A stretch of 64,000 nucleotides of DNA from a virus (taxonomy: Duplodnaviria > Caudoviricetes). A program made the position numbers and the translations under genes. This document shows positions 1 through 9,057 of this stretch, piece by piece. The notes below the pieces were generated by a model. That model saw nothing but the letters and a program-made list of their open reading frames with translations. It was not told the origin of the DNA and did not search any database. The stretch lies in IMG/VR virus record IMGVR_UViG_3300042268_000478, positions 42,925-106,924 of that record; one strand, written 5' to 3'. Within the stretch, counting starts at the first letter, position 1, and each line of letters starts with the position of its first letter.

Positions 1-2
1 CC

Positions 3-368
3 GGCGCGACCGAGGTGAAAAACGTCAAAGATTTGACCTTGAGCCTTGAGTCAGGCGATGCTGACGTAACCACAAGAGCCACGGAGGGGTGGCGTGCTTC
101 CGTGGCGACTTTGAAAGAGGCGTCATTGGAGTTCGGCATGTTGTACGATACTGAGGACGCAGACTTTCAAGCATTCTCGGACGCTTACTTCAACAACACC
201 GCAATCGCCTTGTTCATCACCGACGGCGCAGGCAATGGTTTGGACGCCGATTTCTCAATCACTGGCTTTTCCGTTGAACAGCCGTTGGAAGAAGCATTGA
301 GCGTGTCCGTAACCGCAAAGCCAACCGCATCTGACCGCGCACCAAGCTGGACTGGAGGTGGCAGCTAA
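3..368 (+). CDS. Major tail tube protein (5'-truncated by window edge)
   Basis: Frame open from window start; DVTTRATEGWRASVATLKEASLEFGM and QPLEEALSVSVTAKPT are tail-tube-like; lies upstream of chaperone and tape measure genes. Confidence 0.8.
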   Translation, partial: GATEVKNVKDLTLSLESGDADVTTRATEGWRASVATLKEASLEFGMLYDTEDADFQAFSDAYFNNTAIALFITDGAGNGLDADFSITGFSVEQPLEEALSVSVTAKPTASDRAPSWTGGGS

Positions 369-859
369 TGAAAAGTTTCACTGACAACGCCGGGCGTTCA
401 TGGGTAATTGCCGTGAACGTGGGAACGGTAAAAAGGGTTCGGGCGATGTGCGAGGTTGACCTTGCCAACATCATCAGCATGGAGCCGGGCAAACCGCCGA
501 ATGTGGAGGTGCTTGAACAGCTTGCCGGCGACCCGGTTCTGCTGGTTGACGTGCTGTACGCCGTTTGCAAAGAAGAAGCCGATGCGAAGAACATATCTGA
601 TATCGACTTCGGTCAATCAATGGCTGGCGACGCTATCGAATTGGCAACGGCGGCATTACTTGATGAGGTGGTTGATTTTTTCCCCGAGGGGAAGCGGCGA
701 ATCCTGCAAAAGGTACTGAACGCCACTCGTCGCTTCCAGGAAAAAAGCAAGGCGGCGCTGAACGACCTGCTCGGCGACCCAACGCTGGACAGCAAAATCG
801 ACGGCGCATTAGAACAGTTGACCAGCTCATCAGCGAACTTGCCGGAATCTGCGGATTAA
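368..859 (+). CDS. Tail assembly chaperone (gpG-like)
   Basis: Between tail tube and tape measure; contains slippery T TTT TTC at 676-682 (DFFP). Confidence 0.75.
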   Translation: MKSFTDNAGRSWVIAVNVGTVKRVRAMCEVDLANIISMEPGKPPNVEVLEQLAGDPVLLVDVLYAVCKEEADAKNISDIDFGQSMAGDAIELATAALLDEVVDFFPEGKRRILQKVLNATRRFQEKSKAALNDLLGDPTLDSKIDGALEQLTSSSANLPESAD

Positions 860-1110
860 ATCCCGATCCGTTCACGCTGCGCGAGCTATTGGCAATGACC
901 GAAGCTCGCGGGCGTTTCGAATGGGAACAGACCTCCAGCTTAATGGCACTTGTAGTCAATTTGACTCGCAATCCCAAGAAAAGCAAAGCGGCAAAGGCGA
1001 CGGATTTTAATCCGTATTACGTCAAACCCAAGCCAATAATCACGGCTCCGCTTTCAATGCTAAAAGACGTATTCGTCAGGCAGAAACAAACTCAACAACA
1101 GGAATCTTAA
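676..1110 (+). CDS. Tail assembly chaperone gpGT-like -1 frameshift extension (includes ORF 889..1110)
   Basis: The -1 frame is stop-free from 676 to TAA at 1110 (…VDQLISELAGICGLNPDPFTLRELLAMTEARG…); a TGA at 673-675 immediately precedes the heptamer. Confidence 0.65.
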   Translation, partial: FFPRGEAANPAKGTERHSSLPGKKQGGAERPARRPNAGQQNRRRIRTVDQLISELAGICGLNPDPFTLRELLAMTEARGRFEWEQTSSLMALVVNLTRNPKKSKAAKATDFNPYYVKPKPIITAPLSMLKDVFVRQKQTQQQES

Positions 1111-4100
1111 TGTCAATATCCAGTAATATCCGCGCGGGAGCGGCTTATGTCGAGGTTACCGCCGAGACAAGCAAGCTCCAACGTAATTTAACCCAGGCGC
1201 AAGCTCAGCTTTACAGCTTTGGGCGTACTGCCACCGCTATCGGCCGCGATTTGATGGTCGCTGCTGGGGCGATGGCTGTGCCGCTGGCGCTGTCGGTTAA
1301 AAGTTTTGCTAATTTTGACGATCAGATGCGGTTGGTTCGGGCAGTAACGAAAGCCACGGAAGATGACTTTGAGTCGTTGACCAAGACTGCTCAAAAGCTT
1401 GGTCGTGAGACCAGTTTCACCGCTTCGCAGGTGGCACAGGGCATGACCAGCTTGGGGCGCATGGGATTTTCTCCGCAGGAAATCCAGTCATCAATTCAGC
1501 CGGTACTTGATTTGGCGAGAGCAACCGGCACGGAGCTTGGCGAGGCATCCAATATCGCGGCGAACTCCATGCGGATTTTCGGAGTGGAGGCGTCGAAGAT
1601 GTCCAGCGTGGTCGATGTGCTGACGGCGGCGGCGAACGGTTCGGCGCAGACCTTGACTGATTTGTTCGAGGGACTGAAAATGACCGGGCCGCAAGCCAAA
1701 GCAGCAGGGGAGAATATCCAGGACACCGCTGCAGCATTGGGTGTTCTGGCCAACCTTGGGATTAAGGGTTCGCTGGCTGGCACAGCTTTGCGTAAATCCT
1801 ACTCAAGATTTGCCAAGGTCAAGGTGCGCGAGAAGCTAAAGGAAGTCGGGGTTGAAACCGCCGACGCCAACGGCAACTTGCGTAAAATGGCCGACATTAT
1901 GGCCGACTTGGGCAAGGTCATGAACGACTTGCCCACCGCTGAAAAGCTCGCCTTTGCCGAGGATATTTTCGATATTCGCGGTTCACTGGCTGGCTTGAGT
2001 TTGGGCGGTAACACCAAAGAGCTTGACGCATTTATTGCCAAGCTAAAGGACATCGATGGCACCGCCAGGCAGACCGCATCTGAAATGGATGCCGGGCTTG
2101 GCGGTTCGTTCCGCTTGTTTCGTTCTGCGGTCGAGGGCGCGATGAACGCTATTGGCAAGGCGCTTGAGGGAACGCTCCAGCCGTTTGTCGATAAGCTAAC
2201 CAGCGTAACCTTGGCGGTTGTTGAATGGATTGAAGCAAATCAAAGCATGGTAACAGGCTTTGCCGTGGCGGTTGCCGGGGCGGCGGCGCTGGGGGCTGGA
2301 TTGGTAGCCATCGGCATGGCGGCAAAGGCGGCTTCTGCAGGAATCAGCGTGGTTCAGGGTGTATTGCAAGGCTTTACTTTTGTACAGGGATTATTCGTTG
2401 CCAAAGGCACGGCGATGGGTTCTTCGATTTCCTTGCTGACTCAAGCGTTCGCCAATTATCGCAACGCCGCTATGCCTGCAATGGTCGGGACTTCAAAGCT
2501 GCTTGCGGCATTGAACTTGCCGATTGACTCGCGAGCTAAACAAATCGCTGCAGGTCTTATATTAATGAATAAGGCGGAAACCGCGTCGACTGCAAAATCC
2601 ATGCTGGCGGCAAAATGGGCGGCGGCAACAACCTCAATGAAAAATTTCAGCTTGGCAACCGTCGCCGCGACTGCAACCACCAAAGCAAATACCGCCGCTT
2701 CAATCATCGCTACTGGAATTTCCAAGGCATTAGCTGGAGCGAAAGCATTTGCCGCCGGGGCAATCGGATTATTTAGCGCGGCGAACATCAAAGCCGCAGC
2801 AGTTGCGACGGCTGGAGGGGCAACGAATTTGTTCCTTGCGGTTACGACCAAGGCGGTTGCGGCTGGATATTTGGCAGCAAGCGCAGCGGCGGCAGCGTTC
2901 TGCGCAATTCCGGTTTCTTGGATTTTGATTGGGATTGGGGCGGCACTGGCTGGAGTGGTTATTGCCTTGAGTCAGGCTGGCAAATACACCGCTCAACTCA
3001 CTGATAAAATGAGTAAGCTCCGTGAGAAAGGTGATCAGCAACGGCAGAGCGATCAGCTCCGCATGGAACGGCTTCAACAGCTTGCCGGAAAGCAAAAACT
3101 TTCCAATGCGGAGATGGCGGAAGCTGAAAAACTCTCCGGCGAATTGCAGAAAAAGTATGGTGACCTTGGCATATCCGTTGATAAAGTCGGCAACAAGCTC
3201 TCTATCGCCGCCGGGGCGCAAGGCAAGCTCAACGAGGCGATGAAAAAGGCTTCATTGGCTGAACTTGACGCTGAGATGGCTGAAATAAGAGCCAACCTTA
3301 AGGAGCTTGGCAAAGAGAACGAGGCTCTGCAATCCTATTGGAACAATAATTTGTGGAGTCAGATGTCAGGTCGTCAGCAAGAGGCGATGGACAAGCTCGA
3401 AGTCAATTCCAATAAAGCTGCGGCAATGCGTACCAAGCTTGGAGCGTTGCGTCAGCGTAAAAAAGCGATTGAGGGCGGCGACCAGAAAGCCGTCACTGGT
3501 GAAGACGGCAAATCTACTCAAGATAAGGTGGAAGAACACAAAACCCAGAGTAAAGCCGCTAAAGATGCCGCCGATGATGCGGCAAAGCGGGTAGCCGATA
3601 TCGACAAACAGCTTGCTCGGGAACGTCAGACTGAATTGCAAAATGAGATTGCTGATATTATCGCACTGCGGGACGAGTACAAGCAATTGATAAAAACCAT
3701 GCTCGACTTTGAAAAATCCAAAGCCGACGACAAGCAGGACAAAAAGAAAATTGCCGAGCTTGAGGGCAAGCTTGCCGAGGCAGACCGCACCGCCAATCAG
3801 CGAGTAAAAGAGGCTCAAGGCAAGGCGCGAGAGAAAATGGAAAAGGATGTTGCGGATTATCAAAACCGCTTTGCATCTAACGAAAAATCCATCAAACAAC
3901 GCCGCACGGAACAAGCTCAAGACCGCAAGATTGACGAAACGCTTGAGAACGACAAAGGCGCTGGAATCGAAATGCTCCAAGGCATGATTGAACAGTACCG
4001 CCAAGCCGCTGAAGCCGCTAAAATCCAGTTCCAGGAGGAGCTTAAAAAAGCGCAGGCTGACGGTACAATTGACGATAAAGAGCGCGCCAAGCTGGACAAT

Positions 4101-4355
4101 ATCCAAGCTGGCTACAGTCAAGCAGAATCAATGCTCGACAAGTATGAGGGTAAACTCCGCGAGGCGCAGGACGGTACGCAACAGGTAGCCGAGGATGTAA
4201 AACCGCAAGGGGCTTTCCTGGCGGCGGCGCTTTCAAATATTGGCGAAAGTTCAGCGGCTGACCGTACCGCCAAGGCGACCGAATCGGTGGCAAGCAACAC
4301 CAAAAAAACAAACGATTTAATCAAAAAGAACTCAGGTATGGGAGTATTTACATAA
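1110..4355 (+). CDS. Tail tape measure protein (TP901-family core)
   Basis: 1081 aa; TSFTASQVAQGMTSLGRMGF, GIKGSLAGTALR motifs; Ala-rich and coiled-coil regions. Confidence 0.95.
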   Translation: MSISSNIRAGAAYVEVTAETSKLQRNLTQAQAQLYSFGRTATAIGRDLMVAAGAMAVPLALSVKSFANFDDQMRLVRAVTKATEDDFESLTKTAQKLGRETSFTASQVAQGMTSLGRMGFSPQEIQSSIQPVLDLARATGTELGEASNIAANSMRIFGVEASKMSSVVDVLTAAANGSAQTLTDLFEGLKMTGPQAKAAGENIQDTAAALGVLANLGIKGSLAGTALRKSYSRFAKVKVREKLKEVGVETADANGNLRKMADIMADLGKVMNDLPTAEKLAFAEDIFDIRGSLAGLSLGGNTKELDAFIAKLKDIDGTARQTASEMDAGLGGSFRLFRSAVEGAMNAIGKALEGTLQPFVDKLTSVTLAVVEWIEANQSMVTGFAVAVAGAAALGAGLVAIGMAAKAASAGISVVQGVLQGFTFVQGLFVAKGTAMGSSISLLTQAFANYRNAAMPAMVGTSKLLAALNLPIDSRAKQIAAGLILMNKAETASTAKSMLAAKWAAATTSMKNFSLATVAATATTKANTAASIIATGISKALAGAKAFAAGAIGLFSAANIKAAAVATAGGATNLFLAVTTKAVAAGYLAASAAAAAFCAIPVSWILIGIGAALAGVVIALSQAGKYTAQLTDKMSKLREKGDQQRQSDQLRMERLQQLAGKQKLSNAEMAEAEKLSGELQKKYGDLGISVDKVGNKLSIAAGAQGKLNEAMKKASLAELDAEMAEIRANLKELGKENEALQSYWNNNLWSQMSGRQQEAMDKLEVNSNKAAAMRTKLGALRQRKKAIEGGDQKAVTGEDGKSTQDKVEEHKTQSKAAKDAADDAAKRVADIDKQLARERQTELQNEIADIIALRDEYKQLIKTMLDFEKSKADDKQDKKKIAELEGKLAEADRTANQRVKEAQGKAREKMEKDVADYQNRFASNEKSIKQRRTEQAQDRKIDETLENDKGAGIEMLQGMIEQYRQAAEAAKIQFQEELKKAQADGTIDDKERAKLDNIQAGYSQAESMLDKYEGKLREAQDGTQQVAEDVKPQGAFLAAALSNIGESSAADRTAKATESVASNTKKTNDLIKKNSGMGVFT

Positions 4356-5182
4356 TGGCAACACGCATAGAAAAAGGATTTTTCGACCTTAACCGGAGCA
4401 TCAACGCCGAGGGATATCTGACCGCAATGGAAGTGCCGTACATCGTCTTTGAGGTTGATGACGAGGAAGCGGCGCTGGATGCGGTTCATTTAGAGGCTGA
4501 ACAGGAGATTGGGCGGCTTCGCTTGCAGAGTATTGAAATTGACGAACGCATCAACGAGGACACTTTCAAAGTTCGGGCAACATACGAACCGCTGGTTTAT
4601 GAAACCGATGGCGATACCCCGGAAATGGAGCCGAGTTTCGCTTTCGATACTGGCGGAGGTTCTCGGCATATCATGCAGAGCCTCAAAACAACCAATAAAT
4701 ATCCATCCAGCTCACCGGATTTTGGCGGTGCAATCGGAGTTGATAATGAGGGCAATGTCAATGGCGTGGACGTGACTATCCCGACGATGAATTTCACTGA
4801 AACCCATTACATGAGACCGTCGAAAGTTTCAACCCGATACAAGCAAACCATTGCAGATTTGACCGGGAGCGTCAATAATTCCAAATTCAAAGGCTATGAT
4901 GCTGGAGAAGTTTTATTCCTTGGCGCTTCGGGTTCAAGGCGTGGTAAACGTTCTGACGATTACTGGGAAATTACCTTCAAATTTGCGGTGTCGGTCAACG
5001 TCAAAAACATGAAAGTCGGCGACCTGACCGTGAGCAAGAAAGACGGTTGGGATTATCTGTGGGTACGCTATCACAACGATGTTTCAGACGATCAGAAGAA
5101 TCTAATTAAAAAGCCGGTTGGGGCTTACGTTGAGCAGGTCTACGAAGCAAAAAACTTTGGTGCTTTGGGGATTGGCCGATGA
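4355..5182 (+). CDS. Tail tip/hub protein
   Basis: Follows tape measure; homologous to 59896..60711 (KFKGxxAGExLFxGA, KKDGWDYxW, AYVxxVYExKxFxxLGIG). Confidence 0.7.
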   Translation: MATRIEKGFFDLNRSINAEGYLTAMEVPYIVFEVDDEEAALDAVHLEAEQEIGRLRLQSIEIDERINEDTFKVRATYEPLVYETDGDTPEMEPSFAFDTGGGSRHIMQSLKTTNKYPSSSPDFGGAIGVDNEGNVNGVDVTIPTMNFTETHYMRPSKVSTRYKQTIADLTGSVNNSKFKGYDAGEVLFLGASGSRRGKRSDDYWEITFKFAVSVNVKNMKVGDLTVSKKDGWDYLWVRYHNDVSDDQKNLIKKPVGAYVEQVYEAKNFGALGIGR

Positions 5183-5251
5183 CCAGAACAAGTTCTGGAC
5201 TTCGAGAAAATCCTCATGGATTTTCCGTACTTTTTAGGAGAGTGAATTATC

Positions 5252-6112
5252 ATGAATAAGGTTAAAACTGGACAGAAAGTTAATATCGCCGCTTCGACTT
5301 GGAACTCATTTATTGATGCGGCGAATCACACCAAGAATCTGCAAAGCGGAGGCATTAGCGCCGTTACTTCAAAAGGCATGTTCAAAACCGGGATTATGCT
5401 GGTTCAAAACGCCGCAGGGAATTTACTCAAGGAATTTACTCCAGTGGCATTGACTGATTTGATTATCACGCCAGAGAAGAACGAAAAGGAGTTCAAAACC
5501 CATGTCGCGGTATTGAAAGCCGAGGAGTTTGACGCAGACAACAAGGAGACCGCCACGATAGCTATTTTGCAGGAGCCAATTGATGACGGCAAACTTGGCC
5601 GCGCGATGGTCTTGGGGACGACTCCGGCAAAGGTGAATATTCAGGACAAGGAACATCTCTGTGCTACTCCAACCGATGACGGCAAACTCGAATCCAACGA
5701 TAAAGGCGATTGTCGAATTGTTTGGAAAGCTGATGATACAGGCGAACAATGGACATTACTTCTGCTTGGTGGTGGAGGCAAAGCCGCATGGGAGTACGAT
5801 GGGCCATTCGCAATCGAATGGGACAGTGAAACAGAGCAAATCAAAGTCAAAGCTGGATATTTGAGCCGCAATGGCGAATGGCTGGAAGTGAGCGAAACCG
5901 AGCTTGCACCGTCTGAGGGATATATCTGTGTTTGCAGCCAAATCGATGACGAGGGCAACTGGAGTGAGCCGGAAGTGGAAATCTCCACGCCGGGCAAAGA
6001 GGCATATCCGATTGGCTACTGCGAGATGAAAGACGGCAAGGCAAAACTTTCCTGCTACGGCGTGCCAGTGGTAATTCTGATAGTTTCGGAAGTTTGCGAG
6101 GCTGACACATGA
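5252..6112 (+). CDS. Tail tip protein
   Basis: Homologous to 60711..61616 (FTPVAxTxL, LGxAxxxGxTPxKV, GGG..YxGxF). Confidence 0.65.
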   Translation: MNKVKTGQKVNIAASTWNSFIDAANHTKNLQSGGISAVTSKGMFKTGIMLVQNAAGNLLKEFTPVALTDLIITPEKNEKEFKTHVAVLKAEEFDADNKETATIAILQEPIDDGKLGRAMVLGTTPAKVNIQDKEHLCATPTDDGKLESNDKGDCRIVWKADDTGEQWTLLLLGGGGKAAWEYDGPFAIEWDSETEQIKVKAGYLSRNGEWLEVSETELAPSEGYICVCSQIDDEGNWSEPEVEISTPGKEAYPIGYCEMKDGKAKLSCYGVPVVILIVSEVCEADT

Positions 6113-6537
6113 GCGAGGGTTCAAATAAATTATGGCTGCATCACGAAAACAAACGGCTCATTCGCAAAGAGAAAAACGGCAAGTTGGTCATTTGTTGGGT
6201 TTGCCCGTGCTGTGAGCCGAAAGTCATTGCTTCAAAGATTACCAACAGCCGTTACGAATCGCAAAAACGCTGGAATCTGCGTCCGTATCAGGGTGATAAG
6301 GTTGGCTTGCCGGGCGCAAGATGGCGACTCCGGGATGTGGGCGAAGCTCATCACAACAACCCGGACGCAAACTGTAGTGGAACCCAGTACAACAGCGGCA
6401 TAGTCGATGAAAACGGCAAGCTGGTCGGTCTGCCCGACGAGTTCGTTTCCAGCTATTCATACAACGGCTATATGCAACTTCAACAGGGGTGCATTCGTGA
6501 GGACGGCAACATCGAATGGCCGTGTCCCAATGGATAA
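6109..6537 (+). CDS. Cys-rich tail-tip accessory protein
   Basis: N-terminal KLW…CPC segment shared with 61613..62476; start overlaps upstream stop. Confidence 0.5.
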   Translation: MSEGSNKLWLHHENKRLIRKEKNGKLVICWVCPCCEPKVIASKITNSRYESQKRWNLRPYQGDKVGLPGARWRLRDVGEAHHNNPDANCSGTQYNSGIVDENGKLVGLPDEFVSSYSYNGYMQLQQGCIREDGNIEWPCPNG

Positions 6538-6552
6538 AAACAGAGGATTTCA

Positions 6553-7293
6553 ATGTTCAAATTTAATGAAAAAACTTACAATCACATGCCGTTTGCGGCT
6601 TACGATAAAGACGTCAATGCAAAGCAATTTTGCTGTTTGATGATTAACGGTTTGTGGAAGTTGCATCACTTCGACGGCGAAAGCTGGCAACGGATAAACA
6701 CACATCTCCCGAAGGATGCAACCGAGTGTTCACCGACCGCTGAATGGGAGGACTGCATGTGGAAGATTTCATTTGTCGCTGGAGGCTTCGAGGGTGGTCG
6801 GCAGTTCAAGCTCTACCGTATGTTGGGGCTGAATGGCACACCAATGGAGCAATGCCCGGCTGATGTTGGCTTTGTGTGGAAAGACCGCATCGCCTATGCC
6901 GGACGGCGCGGGCCGCTGTTCGTCATCGATCCCGAACAGCACATGGAGATAAAATTTCACAACGTCGAATTTCTCTACCGGGTTTCCTATGATGCAAGCA
7001 ATCCGCGAATGCTGCTGATTTCAGGTCAGTTGCATGGCGGCGAGATTTTCTCTTGGGCGTATCATCCGGAGATGAACCGGCTCTTTGAAGTCATTGCCGA
7101 TGGTCGAGTCGCCTACAAAGCCGCGAGTTGGAATAGCGACTGTTACTACGCTGAACGTCGGGGTGGCGACGATTTCGAGGAACGCCATATCCGTAAAGCT
7201 CAACATCTGCAACTCAAACCTTTTATTGTGGATGAATATGTCTCGCTGAATATCGAAAATACAGCAAGCGACATAGCACCGGAGTTTGAATAA
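6553..7293 (+). CDS. Hypothetical protein (beta-rich)
   Basis: 246-aa ORF with GAGGA SD in the tail operon. Confidence 0.55.
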   Translation: MFKFNEKTYNHMPFAAYDKDVNAKQFCCLMINGLWKLHHFDGESWQRINTHLPKDATECSPTAEWEDCMWKISFVAGGFEGGRQFKLYRMLGLNGTPMEQCPADVGFVWKDRIAYAGRRGPLFVIDPEQHMEIKFHNVEFLYRVSYDASNPRMLLISGQLHGGEIFSWAYHPEMNRLFEVIADGRVAYKAASWNSDCYYAERRGGDDFEERHIRKAQHLQLKPFIVDEYVSLNIENTASDIAPEFE

Positions 7294-7655
7294 TGAGTTG
7301 TAATTGTCATGGCAAAAACGGTGTCAGCGTCGGCAGAACTTCTCCCTATGACCAATGTAGTAGTTGTGCAAAGAAGCACATTGTCAAGGCGTGGAGTCTG
7401 TGGAATGAATTTACTTACCTTGATGACAACCGCGATACGATATCGGGGCAACTCCGGCTGGCGGTGGATCATCTGATGTACGATCACCGCGATACTGCGC
7501 TCAAGGCTCGTAATTTAGCAATGCTCATTGAGGAAAACCGAGATAAAGAAATTGGCAGTCAATGGCAAGAGCTACTTGAGGCGGTTCGGGGACATTTTTA
7601 TGCCGATAATCCGCGAATGGCAAAACGGCTAAACAAACTTAAAGAGGAAAGATAA
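7293..7655 (+). CDS. Hypothetical protein (CxC…CxxC, helical)
   Basis: TAATG coupling to upstream gene. Confidence 0.55.
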   Translation: MSCNCHGKNGVSVGRTSPYDQCSSCAKKHIVKAWSLWNEFTYLDDNRDTISGQLRLAVDHLMYDHRDTALKARNLAMLIEENRDKEIGSQWQELLEAVRGHFYADNPRMAKRLNKLKEER

Positions 7656-7656
7656 T

Positions 7657-9057
7657 ATGCAACAGGTGCAAATGTATTTAAGGGCGAATTCGACCTTGGC
7701 TACGCTGGTTGATGAGTTCAATCAGACGCTGTCGTCGTCGAGCGTCCCGGCGATTGTGCGGGGGATGCAGGTTGAATTGATTTTGACTTTGCTTGATCGT
7801 GACGGCGAACCTTATTCACCACTGGATTTCGATTCATGGGAGTTCGTACTGGCAACCGACTGGGATGCTGGAACACCACCGCAAATCTTGGTAAATTCAG
7901 GTATTACTATTGACGGTAGCAACGTCCATGTGCCGATTCTGAACACCAACACCGCTGAACTTGCGGCGGCATTGTCGACAAAGGAATCAATCAAAATTGG
8001 CGCTGAACTCTGTGGATTTAATGCAGGAGAAACCACTCCAGCATTTGTTTTACAGTTCAATCTTGGCATCCGCAACCGGCGCAGTTCGTCAGGCACCGGC
8101 ACGGCTGAACCTGTCGGCGACGGAACTTACAGCGCGGCGCAGGTTGATGCGTTGTTCGCCGCCGGATACGATGTTCAATTCTCAATCGACGGCGAAACTC
8201 TCTGGCATGAAGAACAGCTCTTTGGCGACCAGTATTTTCGCATCCGCAATGCGGCATATGAAAACAGCGCCTATTCTGACGCAATCCAGCTTCTACCCGG
8301 AGCCATCGGCGAACCCGGCGAGAGTTCTTACATCTACGTTGCCTGGGCAACCGCCGATGACGGGACTGGATTTGTCACTGAACCGGGCAACCTGACCAAC
8401 GCACACAAATACATCGCGTTCCTGGTCAGCGAGGTTGAAACCGCAGAGCTTTCCGCATCGGATTTTGCCGGACTATGGACAAAATATCGCGGTGAAGATG
8501 GCCAAGGCGTGGGTGATATGACCAAGGCGGTCTATGATTCAGATGACGACGGCAAGGTAAACGCCGCCGTCCATGCCGACAGCGCTGGAGCCGTTGACTG
8601 GTCTAACGTCGGCAACAAACCATCGGAGTTTACGCCTGAAGTTCACAATCACAGCATAGCGACATTGTCCGACCCGGTGAGGCAGAAAGCCGTCACCGAA
8701 AGCAACCCGGCAACGCTGTATGTCGATACGCCGATTATCCGCAAAAGTTCGCATAGCAGTTCAACGCTGAATATTGATTTTACCGCGATAAAAGACACGT
8801 TCGACGGTGAAGCTTATTCCGTGGTCAATGGAGATTTTTTCACTTGGGAATATCACGTTCCGGCGTCTGTGAATATTACCGGGATAATCGTTGGTTCGCT
8901 CAATTCGACCATGACTGGCATCAGCATCCCGGAGGCAATTGATCTGATTGGTGGCAATAACACCGTCCATGTCTTTGCGGTGCGCGGAGTCTATAAATCC
9001 GGGGCAGTAAACAATCTTGCTTTGCAGGTCAACTATGCCTACAGTTATGAGGGGTGA
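7657..9057 (+). CDS. Baseplate-upper/tail fibre protein
   Basis: N-terminal ~200 aa homologous to 62800..end (PxIVRG, ELC, LQFNLxIRNRR, GYxxQFSxDG); GDMTKAVYDxDxDGKV and HxH fibre motifs. Confidence 0.75.
   Translation: MQQVQMYLRANSTLATLVDEFNQTLSSSSVPAIVRGMQVELILTLLDRDGEPYSPLDFDSWEFVLATDWDAGTPPQILVNSGITIDGSNVHVPILNTNTAELAAALSTKESIKIGAELCGFNAGETTPAFVLQFNLGIRNRRSSSGTGTAEPVGDGTYSAAQVDALFAAGYDVQFSIDGETLWHEEQLFGDQYFRIRNAAYENSAYSDAIQLLPGAIGEPGESSYIYVAWATADDGTGFVTEPGNLTNAHKYIAFLVSEVETAELSASDFAGLWTKYRGEDGQGVGDMTKAVYDSDDDGKVNAAVHADSAGAVDWSNVGNKPSEFTPEVHNHSIATLSDPVRQKAVTESNPATLYVDTPIIRKSSHSSSTLNIDFTAIKDTFDGEAYSVVNGDFFTWEYHVPASVNITGIIVGSLNSTMTGISIPEAIDLIGGNNTVHVFAVRGVYKSGAVNNLALQVNYAYSYEG

Noticed and set aside
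1188-4489. Long antisense ORFs within the tape measure gene (similar ones at 25259..26020, 49812..50534, 50667..51422)
   Set aside because: Antisense shadows of strongly coding genes, with no recognisable motifs
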